This document shows, one piece after another, positions 48,503 to 56,881 of a stretch of 64,000 bases of DNA. A program made the translations under genes and the position numbers. The DNA lies in assembly GCA_964625525.1 (NCBI GenBank), contig CAZVEE010000008.1, positions 1,764-65,763 on the forward strand. Reading direction: 5' to 3'. This DNA is from an uncultured Alphaproteobacteria bacterium (lineage in GTDB: Bacteria > Pseudomonadota > Alphaproteobacteria > JAJFIK01). The notes below the pieces were generated by a model. It saw only the letters and a program-made list of their open reading frames with translations, had not been told where the DNA came from and did no database searches. The stretch's first letter is position 1; each line of letters opens with the position of its first letter.

Positions 48503-49912
48503 ATGACCACTGCTTCGGCCGGCGCGGATCTGTTGACCCTGAGCGGCACGCAGGTCGCTTACATCGTGGCCACCATGTTGTTTGTGGCAGGGCTGAAAAT
48601 GCTCGGCAATCGGGAGACCGCGCGCCAGGGCAATCTGGTCTCGGCACTGGGCATGCTGGTGGCGGTGGTGACGACGCTGCTGGCGGGGGGGCTCGATTTC
48701 ACCTGGATCCTGGTGGGCATGGGCATCGGCGCCACAGTGGGCGCGCTGATGGCGATCCGGGTACAGATGACGTCCATGCCGGAAATGGTGGCGCTGCTGA
48801 ACGGGTTCGGCGGTGCGGCCAGCCTGCTTGTTGGGGTGGCGGAATATGTGCGCGGTGGCGAGCCGGGCCTGATCGTCGCGGCGGGTATTGGTCTTGCGGT
48901 GCTCATTGGCGGGATTTCGTTCACGGGCAGCTTGATCGCGTTCGGCAAGCTTGCGGAACGGCTGCCGGGCCGGCCGATCATCTTTCCCGGTCAGGTCTTT
49001 TTGAGTGGGCTGATGTTTCTGGCGGGGCTTGCTGGCGTGGCGGCCTTCGTGGCGATGCCGGAGTTTTCCTCGCTTGAGGTTCTGGCGGGGCTCGCCGTTT
49101 TGTCGCTGCTCCTGGGCATTCTGGCGGTGATCCGCATTGGCGGGGCCGACATGCCCATCGTGGTGTCACTGCTCAACAGCTATTCGGGCCTGGCCGCCGC
49201 GATGGCCGGCTTTGCGCTCCAAAACACAGTGCTGGTGGTGACGGGCGCGCTGGTGGGGGCGAGCGGGCTGATCCTGACCCAGATCATGTGCAAGGCCATG
49301 AACCGCTCGCTCACCAATGTGCTGTTCGGCGGGCTCGGGGCGCCGGTCTCCAGCGCTGCGAGCGTGGAGATCGAGGGCGAGATCAAGCCCATGTCCTCCT
49401 CCGACGCCTATTATGTGCTCGAAGCCGCCCGTTCGGTGGTGGTGGTGCCCGGCTACGGAATGGCTGTGGCCCAGGCCCAGCACGCCATCAAGGAACTGGC
49501 CGATCTCATGCGCGGACGCGGCATTGAAACGCGCTACGCCATTCACCCGGTTGCAGGGCGCATGCCCGGGCACATGAACGTCTTGCTGGCCGAGGCGGGG
49601 GTGCCCTATGAGCTGTTGGTGGAGCCAGGTGACGTCAATCCCACCATGGAGACGGTGGATGTGGCCATCATCATCGGCGCCAATGACGTAGTGAACCCGG
49701 TCGCCAAGGAAGACAAAGGCAGTCCGCTTTATGGCATGCCTATTATCGAGGCCGACCGGGCCCGTACGGTCTTTGTGCTGAAGCGGTCCATGAATCCGGG
49801 CTTTTCGGGCGTGGAGAACGCGCTCTTCTACAAGCCCAACACCTACATGCTGTTCGGCGACGCCAAAGCGACGATCAACCAGCTCGTGGGCGAGTTCAAG
49901 GACGAAGACTGA
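48503..49912 (+). CDS. pntB: NAD(P) transhydrogenase subunit beta
   Basis: ATG at 48503. N-terminal membrane domain (AYIVATMLFVAGLKMLG...RQGN) and C-terminal NADP(H) domain (VVVPGYGMAVAQAQH...IHPVAGRMPGHMNVLLAEA...IIGANDVVNP). Confidence 0.9.
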   Translation: MTTASAGADLLTLSGTQVAYIVATMLFVAGLKMLGNRETARQGNLVSALGMLVAVVTTLLAGGLDFTWILVGMGIGATVGALMAIRVQMTSMPEMVALLNGFGGAASLLVGVAEYVRGGEPGLIVAAGIGLAVLIGGISFTGSLIAFGKLAERLPGRPIIFPGQVFLSGLMFLAGLAGVAAFVAMPEFSSLEVLAGLAVLSLLLGILAVIRIGGADMPIVVSLLNSYSGLAAAMAGFALQNTVLVVTGALVGASGLILTQIMCKAMNRSLTNVLFGGLGAPVSSAASVEIEGEIKPMSSSDAYYVLEAARSVVVVPGYGMAVAQAQHAIKELADLMRGRGIETRYAIHPVAGRMPGHMNVLLAEAGVPYELLVEPGDVNPTMETVDVAIIIGANDVVNPVAKEDKGSPLYGMPIIEADRARTVFVLKRSMNPGFSGVENALFYKPNTYMLFGDAKATINQLVGEFKDED

Positions 49913-49914
49913 GC

Positions 49915-50316
49915 CTATTTCCCGACGGTCAGCAGCGTGTCTTCATCACGCAGCATGAACAGCACGATCAGAGCGCCAAGCGCCGGGACGGCCGCCCAAA
50001 ACAGATGATTGACGCCTTCATAGGGCGCGATCATCCGTTCCCAGGTGGAAAGTGTCGAGAGCGCATGGATGACCATCAAGAACCCGGTGCTCCAGAACGT
50101 CGCAATCCCCAGCACAAACGCCAGCAACACCACCGCCTGAATCACACCGATAGCGTAAGACGCCTCGAGTGGCAGGTTCTCGTAGAAGTAAAAGGCGCCC
50201 CAAATGGCTTGGGTCTTCTCCGGCGCCACGAATTTCTCAATCACCCAGATGGCGAAAAAAGCTGCCACGCTCAGGCGCAGGATCAACAGCGCCGGTTTCA
50301 GTGCAATCGGTGTCAT
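49915..50316 (-). CDS. small 4-TM membrane protein (DoxX-like, tentative)
   Basis: 133 aa with four hydrophobic helices. No clear motif. Confidence 0.55.
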   Translation of the reverse strand: MTPIALKPALLILRLSVAAFFAIWVIEKFVAPEKTQAIWGAFYFYENLPLEASYAIGVIQAVVLLAFVLGIATFWSTGFLMVIHALSTLSTWERMIAPYEGVNHLFWAAVPALGALIVLFMLRDEDTLLTVGK

Positions 50317-50375
50317 GGGACGTCCCCTCGGATCATGGCCACATCAGCGTGGAGCGGACCCTAGCAAGGGGTGCA

Positions 50376-50402
50376 GCCCGCGCCGGTCACACCGGCGTGG
50401 GC
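50376..50402 (-). terminator. hairpin downstream of the PAN-domain gene
   Basis: GCCCGCGCCGGT cac ACCGGCGTGGGC (12-bp stem with one G-U pair), 26 nt beyond the stop at 50428. No U-tract. Confidence 0.35.
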
Positions 50403-50427
50403 ATTGGTCGCATTTGCGTGAAGAGGA

Positions 50428-51102
50428 TTAAGGCTGGGTGCTGGCCGGCGTGGTGTCTTCGCGCACGCAACTAACGGCGGCAATGCGGTGGCAGAACTTA
50501 CCGTCGCACAGGAAGCCGTCGCCAAGGGTGCGGGTGGGCGGCGCGTTGCGCTCCACCCGGAAATCGACCGCGCGGGTGAACCCTTCGGCCTGGCAATAGG
50601 CGGTGGCGGCGGGCCAGCCGCAATCGCGACCGTTCTTGTGACACAGGTCGAGGCCCATCGCCGCCGTCTGTGTCTGGTTCTGCGTTTCCGGCGCCCGCGT
50701 TTGGTCGGATGCGGCGCTGTCGGCGATGCCCGATTCGGGCTCCGGCTCCGGCACCGTCTGCGGCGCCACTGTCAGAGCCGTCACCGGGGCCAGCACGTCA
50801 TAGTCCTTCACCCCGGACACGCAGCATTCGCTCGACCAAGACGGGGTGACGCTTTCTTTAAGCCAGCAGCGGGCCTTGTTCCCCTGAAAGCCCGGCTTAA
50901 CGTAGGAATAGGCCATGCAACGAGGGTCTTCGAGGCAGGCCTGCTGACAGCTTTGGGCGCTGGGCGGCTCGATCTTGAGGACTTCATAGGCCGCGCCCGG
51001 GCGCTCCACGCCCTCGACCATAGTGATGGCATGCGCGGACGGGCCTGCCAGGGCGAGGCCGAACACAGCCAGAAGGCTAAAGACCAAACGGCGAAGCGGC
51101 AT
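50428..51102 (-). CDS. secreted PAN/Apple-domain protein with a second Cys-rich domain
   Basis: Signal peptide MPLRRLVFSLLAVFGLALAGPSAHA. The PAN-like block is SAQSCQQACLEDPRCMAYSYVKPGFQGNKARCWLKES. The C-terminal half has 6 Cys. Confidence 0.7.
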   Translation of the reverse strand: MPLRRLVFSLLAVFGLALAGPSAHAITMVEGVERPGAAYEVLKIEPPSAQSCQQACLEDPRCMAYSYVKPGFQGNKARCWLKESVTPSWSSECCVSGVKDYDVLAPVTALTVAPQTVPEPEPESGIADSAASDQTRAPETQNQTQTAAMGLDLCHKNGRDCGWPAATAYCQAEGFTRAVDFRVERNAPPTRTLGDGFLCDGKFCHRIAAVSCVREDTTPASTQP

Positions 51103-51464
51103 GATGGCCTCCCTCTCATGGGTTCCGGGCGATCCTTACTCCATCAGGAGTATACGGTGTTCGTCTCGTGGGGCGAGATTGGGTCCTCACTGGGGCAATG
51201 TTCTGTGCTGCCCCCGACTTATCCCCTTCCCAAGCCGGATACACCCCCTTGTCAGCGCCGCGCCGGACGGGCATCACAATGACCATGTGTTAAGCTGCGC
51301 GAGACAGGGCAAATCAGGCACAGACAGGACGTGCACCCGCGCGCAGGTTCCATTACAAGAACGGCCAAGACCGTCAAAGGATGTGGACCGGTCGCCGTCC
51401 GGGCGTCGGGCCAGCCGCGCGAAAGCCGGCTCCTTGAGGGGATGCGTAGAAGAAGGATGTCGGT

Positions 51465-53243
51465 ATGAGCGTGACGCGGCGTACCGGAGCGCGCCATGCG
51501 TTTCGGGTCGCATCGCTGGCGGTACTGGTTTGGTGCCTCGGCTTGGCCGAGCCCGACGGGCCACGGCCGGCATATGCCCAGGACAGCGCGGCTCAGGACA
51601 GCGCGGCCCAGGACAGCGCGGCCCAGGATGGCGCGGCGCAGGACGGTGGCGCGGACGACACTCTCTCCGCCGACGAGCGCATGCGCCAGCTCGAACAGAG
51701 CATCGAGGCGCAGCAGCGCCGCCTGCTGGATCAGGAACGGGTGCTGTTTGAACAAGACCAGCAACTGCGCCAGCAGTTTCAGACCCTCCAGAATCAGGCC
51801 GACGTCATTGAGGGTCAGCAAGATCTGATCGACGAGCAACGCGACGAGTTGCTGCGCGTGCGGACCCAGCTGCGCACGTCGACACCACCGCCGGCCGCGC
51901 CGCCCCAGCGCGTGGAAGGCACGGTGCCGCGCACGCCGCCGCCGGAAACCGGTGTCCGCTCGCCCCAGGAATTGGAACGCGCGGAAGCCCTGCGCCGGGC
52001 CCGTGTGGAACAACTGCGCCGCCGCCTGGAACAGCAGCGGCAGCAACAGCAACAACAGCAGGCCGGCCAAGCCGCCGGCGCGGCCGCGGGCGCGGCCGGC
52101 GCCGCCCAAGCCCGGCCGGCCCAGGGCGTGCAACCGGCGCAACCAGATTCCCGCGCCGCCGAAATCGCGCGCGAACGGGCCCGGCGCGAGGCGGAGCTCT
52201 ACCGCCAGCGTTTGCAGCAGCAACAACAACAGCAGCAGCAAGCCGGGCAGGCCGGACAACCTGGTCAGCCCGGGCAAGCCGTTGCCCCGGCCTCCGACCC
52301 GGCCGCCATCGACAATCAGCCGACCGCCACACGGCCGCGCACCGACCGGCCGCCGGACGTTGAGGCCTTGCCCGCGCGGGCCGGCGTGCTGACGCCGAAA
52401 GGCAATGTCGCGCTCGATCTCAGCTATACCTACGTCTATTCGGACGTGAACCGGGTGGAAGTGGCGGGTTTTAGCGTGTTGCCGGCGGTGCTGATCGGCT
52501 CCTTCGACATCATCGAAATCGACCGGCAGAACAACACCTTCTCTGTGACCGGACGCTATGGGCTGACCGACCGGATCGAGGTCGAAGCGCGCGTGCCCTT
52601 CATTCAGCGCACCGACGACACGACCGGGCGCCCGGTGGGCGAAGAGGCCAATGACGACCAGTTCTCCACTTTGGCCGGGTCGGGCATCGGGGATATGGAA
52701 CTGGGCCTGCGCTATCAGTTGAACGGCGGACAGCGGGGCTGGCCGTTCTTTATCTACAATCTGCGCGCGCGTGCCCCCACGGGCCGCTCGCCCTTCGACA
52801 TTGAGTTGAGTGACAGTGGCCTGCCTCAGGAATTGTCCACGGGCTCAGGCTTTTGGAGCCTGACACCGGGGATTTCCATGGTGTATCCGACGGATCCGGG
52901 GGTGTTCTTCGGCTCGATCAGTTACACCTATAATTTCCGCAAGCGGTTTGAGGAGGCCGGCACCATCAAGCCCGGCGATACCTTGTCCGCGAGCCTGGGT
53001 CTGGGCTTTTCGATCAATCCGAAAGTGTCGTTCAGTGTGGGGACGGATTACTCCATCACCTACCGCACCCGGCAGAACAGCACCCCGGTGCTGGGCTCCA
53101 CGCCGCTTTACGCGGGGCGCTTGTCGCTGAGCTACTCCTATCGCTTCACGCCAAAGGTGTCGGCCACCTTCTCTGTGGCACCGGGCTTCACGTCGGACGC
53201 GCCGGACCTGACCATGGGCCTGCGGGTGCCGATCCGCTTCTAA
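51465..53243 (+). CDS. outer-membrane beta-barrel protein with a long N-terminal coiled-coil / low-complexity extension
   Basis: Signal peptide, then AQDSA repeats, then a heptad-like region (ERMRQLEQSIEAQQRRLLDQERVLFEQDQQLRQQFQTLQNQADVIEGQQDLIDEQRDELLRVRTQL) and a P/A/Q-rich linker with poly-Q. An amphipathic-strand barrel of about 290 aa ends ...GLRVPIRF (terminal Phe). Confidence 0.75.
   Translation: MSVTRRTGARHAFRVASLAVLVWCLGLAEPDGPRPAYAQDSAAQDSAAQDSAAQDGAAQDGGADDTLSADERMRQLEQSIEAQQRRLLDQERVLFEQDQQLRQQFQTLQNQADVIEGQQDLIDEQRDELLRVRTQLRTSTPPPAAPPQRVEGTVPRTPPPETGVRSPQELERAEALRRARVEQLRRRLEQQRQQQQQQQAGQAAGAAAGAAGAAQARPAQGVQPAQPDSRAAEIARERARREAELYRQRLQQQQQQQQQAGQAGQPGQPGQAVAPASDPAAIDNQPTATRPRTDRPPDVEALPARAGVLTPKGNVALDLSYTYVYSDVNRVEVAGFSVLPAVLIGSFDIIEIDRQNNTFSVTGRYGLTDRIEVEARVPFIQRTDDTTGRPVGEEANDDQFSTLAGSGIGDMELGLRYQLNGGQRGWPFFIYNLRARAPTGRSPFDIELSDSGLPQELSTGSGFWSLTPGISMVYPTDPGVFFGSISYTYNFRKRFEEAGTIKPGDTLSASLGLGFSINPKVSFSVGTDYSITYRTRQNSTPVLGSTPLYAGRLSLSYSYRFTPKVSATFSVAPGFTSDAPDLTMGLRVPIRF
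51577..51651 (+). repeat. 15-nt tandem repeat CCCAGGACAGCGCGG, about 5 progressively degenerate copies
   Basis: Units start at 51577, 51592, 51607, 51622 and 51637. They encode AQDSAAQDSAAQDSAAQDGAAQDGG. Confidence 0.85.
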
Positions 53244-53266
53244 GAGCATAGGGGCTGGCGGGGCGC

Positions 53267-54490
53267 ATGAGCACACGGGACAGGAGGGATCCGCACCCGC
53301 CCGTGCTTGCGCCGGGGACGGTCTTCCTCGTGTTTCTGGGGCTGGGGCTGACCTCGTTTGGCGGACCGGTGGCTCATCTCGGCTATTTCCGTGAGGCCTT
53401 TGTCGTGCGCCGCGGCTGGTTGAGCGAGCGCGCCTATGCCGATCTGGTGGCGCTGTGCCAGGCCCTGCCGGGGCCCGCGTCGAGCCAAGTCAGTATGGGG
53501 ATCGGCCTCAGCGTTGCGGGACTGCCGGGGCTGTTTGCGGCTTGGCTCGGGTTTAGCTTGCCATCGGCTGTGCTGCTGACCGCTGTCGGCTATGGGGTCA
53601 TCGCGGACCGGGACCTGCTGGCACCTGGGGTGCTCGCGGGATTGGGCATCGGCGTGGTGGCGGTGGTGGCGCATGCCCTGTGGGGCATGGCCCGCACGTT
53701 GACGCCCGATGCGCCGCGTCTGGCATTGGCCGCGCTTGCGGGTCTTGTGGTGCTGGTCTGGCCGGGGCCGTGGGGCCAGGTGCTGGTGCTGATCGCGGGC
53801 GGGGTGATGGGGTTTCTCGTGCTTTGCGAGCCCACGAGTCCCCCCCAGCAGGCGGGACCGGCCCTGGCGGTTCCCGTGCTGTCCTGGGTGCCGCCCCTGG
53901 CGCTTGGATTGTTTGTCCTGCTGCTGCTGGGTCTGCCGCTGCTGACGGTGTTGATGCCTGAGACAGAGGCGCTGGCGCTGGGAGACAGCTTCTATCGCGC
54001 CGGGGCGCTGGTGTTTGGGGGCGGGCATGTGGTGCTGCCCCTGTTACAGGCGGAAGTGGTCGCGCCCGGCTGGATCGCCGAGGCGGAGTTCCTGGCCGGT
54101 TATGGCGCGGCCCAGGCCGTGCCCGGCCCGGTCTTTACTGTTGCCGCTTATTTGGGCGCGGCGATGGAGATCGGGCCTGGAGGCGTTGGGGGCGCGGCGC
54201 TCTGTGTGGTGGCGATTTTCTTGCCGTCTTTGTTGCTGGTGACAGGGGTGCTGCCGGTTTGGGCCCGGGTGAGCGCGGTGCCAGGGTTGCGCCGCGGCCT
54301 GGCGGGTGTCAACGCGGCTGTCGTGGGGCTGTTATGGGCTACGCTGATCACGCCGATAGGCACCAGTGCGATCCAGGCGCCAGCGGACGCTGCCTTGGCG
54401 CTTGTCGGCGTCGCGTTGTTGCTGACGGGACGGGTGCCGGGATGGGCGGTCGTGGTGATGACGGCGCTGGCGGGCTGGATGATCGCTTAG
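53267..54490 (+). CDS. chrA: chromate efflux transporter
   Basis: Duplicated CHR domains: FLGLGLTSFGGPVAHLGYFREAFVVRRGWLSE...LCQALPGPASSQ and LVFGGGHVVLPLLQAEVV...GYGAAQAVPGPVF. Confidence 0.9.
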   Translation: MSTRDRRDPHPPVLAPGTVFLVFLGLGLTSFGGPVAHLGYFREAFVVRRGWLSERAYADLVALCQALPGPASSQVSMGIGLSVAGLPGLFAAWLGFSLPSAVLLTAVGYGVIADRDLLAPGVLAGLGIGVVAVVAHALWGMARTLTPDAPRLALAALAGLVVLVWPGPWGQVLVLIAGGVMGFLVLCEPTSPPQQAGPALAVPVLSWVPPLALGLFVLLLLGLPLLTVLMPETEALALGDSFYRAGALVFGGGHVVLPLLQAEVVAPGWIAEAEFLAGYGAAQAVPGPVFTVAAYLGAAMEIGPGGVGGAALCVVAIFLPSLLLVTGVLPVWARVSAVPGLRRGLAGVNAAVVGLLWATLITPIGTSAIQAPADAALALVGVALLLTGRVPGWAVVVMTALAGWMIA

Positions 54491-55008
54491 GGCCCGGCGT
54501 TCTGGTCGATCACGTCACGGAACAAAGCGCGTGAGACCGGGTCATAGCCCTGAATGGTGATCTCACCATCAATAAGCTGCTGGATCAGCGTATCGGGCTT
54601 AGTGTTCTGCACCACCGTCACATAGTTGGTGATCTGATCATAGACTTCCGGCGAGATGGTGTTGCCATCGCCGAGTTGGATCACACTGCCGGCGGCTGAG
54701 TTGGCGAGCGAATTCACCACATCGGAGGAAATCACCGAGCGAGCCTCGGTAACGCCGTCCACCATGGTGGTCATCTCAATGGCGAAATCGACCATATAGC
54801 CGCTCGATAGCAACACCCCACCGCGCACATCCTTGAGGATGTCGTCATCCACCTGGGGGCTCCACAGATAGGGACGCTCGGCCGCGAAGCCGCCGCCAAA
54901 GCCAGTTTCGTTGTCCTGCGCGCCCGCAGGCAGCCCAAGGCTCGCCAGCACCAGCGTGATGGCGCAGGCGCAGCGGGCGAAACGGGTGAGGGCGCGGGAC
55001 AGGGCCAT
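54487..55008 (-). CDS. small secreted protein, fourth gene of the QQNNG-repeat cluster
   Basis: Signal peptide MALSRALTRFARCACAITLVLASLGLPAGA. GFGGGF follows directly after it. It has a degenerate copy of the cluster repeat (VVNSLANSAAGSVIQLGDGNTIS). The start lies 2 nt after the C39 gene stop. Confidence 0.65.
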   Translation of the reverse strand: MALSRALTRFARCACAITLVLASLGLPAGAQDNETGFGGGFAAERPYLWSPQVDDDILKDVRGGVLLSSGYMVDFAIEMTTMVDGVTEARSVISSDVVNSLANSAAGSVIQLGDGNTISPEVYDQITNYVTVVQNTKPDTLIQQLIDGEITIQGYDPVSRALFRDVIDQNAGP

Positions 55009-55010
55009 GA

Positions 55011-55886
55011 TTACTGAACACTCTGGAAGACGAAATCGTCCGGCGTGCGCTGGAAGATATCCCGCACCGAGAGGATGTCGTGCTCCTTGAACGCATTCGT
55101 CCCCGGGGCGGCGCTGGTGACCCGGTACTGTGCCGAGGTATCAAAGCTCATACGCCCGATCGAGGGTTGATCCAGGATCACAAAAGCGATGTCGTTGGCC
55201 CGCATGCGCTCAAATTCAGCGCGAGAATACTTGCCGATGCCAAGCGCCGGATCGCCCACCAGGACTTCTTCGTCATTGATGCCTTTGATGACCACAAAGT
55301 GGAAGTAACCACGCAGATTGATGAGCTGGATCGCTGGCACGCCCTCGCGCTGCAACTCGTCCAGTGTCACCGAAAAGCCGTTGGCGCGCAGGCCCCGGGC
55401 CTCCAAATAGCGTTTCAGGTCGAGGAGCGAGAAGCCCTGGGCCTTGATCTTATCCGGGTCGCCGACCGCGAACATGGCCTTGAAGACTTCTTCCTCCGTC
55501 GTCTCAACGCCGTAATGATAGGTCAACAGCGTCGCAACCGCCGCGGCTCCGCAGCTGAAATCATATTCCTGCGGGACAATATTCTGAAATTTCTGAGTCA
55601 GAACGCTTGAGGTTTCGACCATCACCTGGCCGCCGCCGGGAAGCGTGATGGGCACTTGCGTCCGCACTGAGACAGTGCGAATGGGGCGCGGCAGGATGAC
55701 ATCGTCCGGCGAGACCGGCGAGGGGGCCAATCCTGGGATCGAGGTTTGCGGCGTTAATTGTCCTGACAACGCCATGCCGGGCATGGGCGCCGTCTGGCAG
55801 CCAGCCAACAGAAACGCGGCGCACACAGCACCTAAGACACCCCGTTGGGGGCCGACCCACTGACTTTGAAAAAGACTGATCATCAT
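55011..55886 (-). CDS. standalone lipoprotein C39-like cysteine peptidase
   Basis: Lipobox AAFLLAGC. Catalytic block QEYDFSCGAAAVATLLTYHYG (Gln/Cys). His/Asp block GYFHFVVIKGINDEEVLVGDPA. No fused ABC transporter domains. Start ATG at 55886 or 55883. Confidence 0.85.
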   Translation of the reverse strand: MMISLFQSQWVGPQRGVLGAVCAAFLLAGCQTAPMPGMALSGQLTPQTSIPGLAPSPVSPDDVILPRPIRTVSVRTQVPITLPGGGQVMVETSSVLTQKFQNIVPQEYDFSCGAAAVATLLTYHYGVETTEEEVFKAMFAVGDPDKIKAQGFSLLDLKRYLEARGLRANGFSVTLDELQREGVPAIQLINLRGYFHFVVIKGINDEEVLVGDPALGIGKYSRAEFERMRANDIAFVILDQPSIGRMSFDTSAQYRVTSAAPGTNAFKEHDILSVRDIFQRTPDDFVFQSVQ

Positions 55887-55967
55887 ATGCCGCAACCTTC
55901 TGGCTGCCTGACCCGGCCCGGGCGGCACCCGAGCCGGTTCGACGCCGGGTTCACCACGCGGCGCCGA

Positions 55968-56696
55968 TCAATTGCCGATGTTCACAGTGACGTTCATCTG
56001 CGTTTCGATCACGACGTTGTTCGCCGCGTTCTGAATGATCGTCACAGCCCCCTGCGCGCCCTGAAGCGCACCGTTATCAATCACGTTGGAAGGGGTGAAG
56101 TCCCCACCGATGAAGGTGGAATTGTTGTTCACGGAGCCCGCAGCCGTGATCAGCGTGCGAATGGCTTCATCATCCGGACCCGGCGCCATACCGCGCACAT
56201 TGTCCAAGACCGCCACATCCGTCCCGCCAAGGCCGTCAAACGCCAGATCTTCACCGAGCGGACCGTTGGCAGACGCCACCGCATCCACAAGATCCTCACC
56301 GATCATCGGGGCGAGAGAGCGCGATAAGCCCGCATACTCAAACTTGAGCGATAAAAACACGCTCGCCTTGCTGGTCGGCTTTGCCACGCTACGCACGGAG
56401 GCCGGCGCCCGCACTGGCAACACGGGAAGAGCCACACGCGGCTGCGTTGGCGCATCCGTGACCGGGCCCCCAAATGCCTTCGACGCACCGAAGGCCGAGC
56501 CGCCGAAAGCGCTCGCGCTGCCGAAACCGGAGGAGGCGCCGGCGAAAGATGTTTCAAACCCACTGGCGAGAGCGGCTGAACTCGTGCTCATCAGGCACGC
56601 AGCCCCAATCATCGACGCGCCAAACAGCGAAGGCAGCGTCCGCAGCGTTTTGAAGAACCCGTGCATCACCGACGGGTGCCGGAGAGCGCTCATCAT
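55968..56696 (-). CDS. secreted FG-rich protein carrying one C-terminal copy of the cluster repeat
   Basis: ATG at 56696 with GGAG 8 nt upstream. Signal peptide ...LFGASMIGAACLMSTSSAALA. Then SGFETSFAGASSGFGSASAFGGSAFGASKAFGGP. The C-terminus NVIDNGALQGAQGAVTIIQNAANNVVIETQ aligns with the repeats of the 670-aa protein. Confidence 0.7.
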   Translation of the reverse strand: MMSALRHPSVMHGFFKTLRTLPSLFGASMIGAACLMSTSSAALASGFETSFAGASSGFGSASAFGGSAFGASKAFGGPVTDAPTQPRVALPVLPVRAPASVRSVAKPTSKASVFLSLKFEYAGLSRSLAPMIGEDLVDAVASANGPLGEDLAFDGLGGTDVAVLDNVRGMAPGPDDEAIRTLITAAGSVNNNSTFIGGDFTPSNVIDNGALQGAQGAVTIIQNAANNVVIETQMNVTVNIGN

Positions 56697-56829
56697 GGAC
56701 AGGCTCCAAACCCTAAATACAGACTTCGGACAATCCGAAGGTCGGCCGAGACTATGTGTGATTCCCTGGCACCATACCAGCGTCCCACGTCCCCACTTAG
56801 CCGAAGGCCCTGCTAAGCCGTTGGTATAT

Positions 56830-56860
56830 GGTGACGGGCCGGAGCCCGCCACCTTTTTTT
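56830..56860. terminator. GC hairpin with a T7 tract on the + strand / A7 tract on the - strand, just downstream of the 670-aa gene
   Basis: GGTGACGGGC cgga GCCCGCCACC (9 of 10 bp paired) followed by TTTTTTT on the + strand. On the coding (-) strand the run is A7 before the hairpin, so it is canonical only for antisense transcription. Confidence 0.45.
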
Positions 56861-56881
56861 GACCAATCGTTCACGTTGTCC

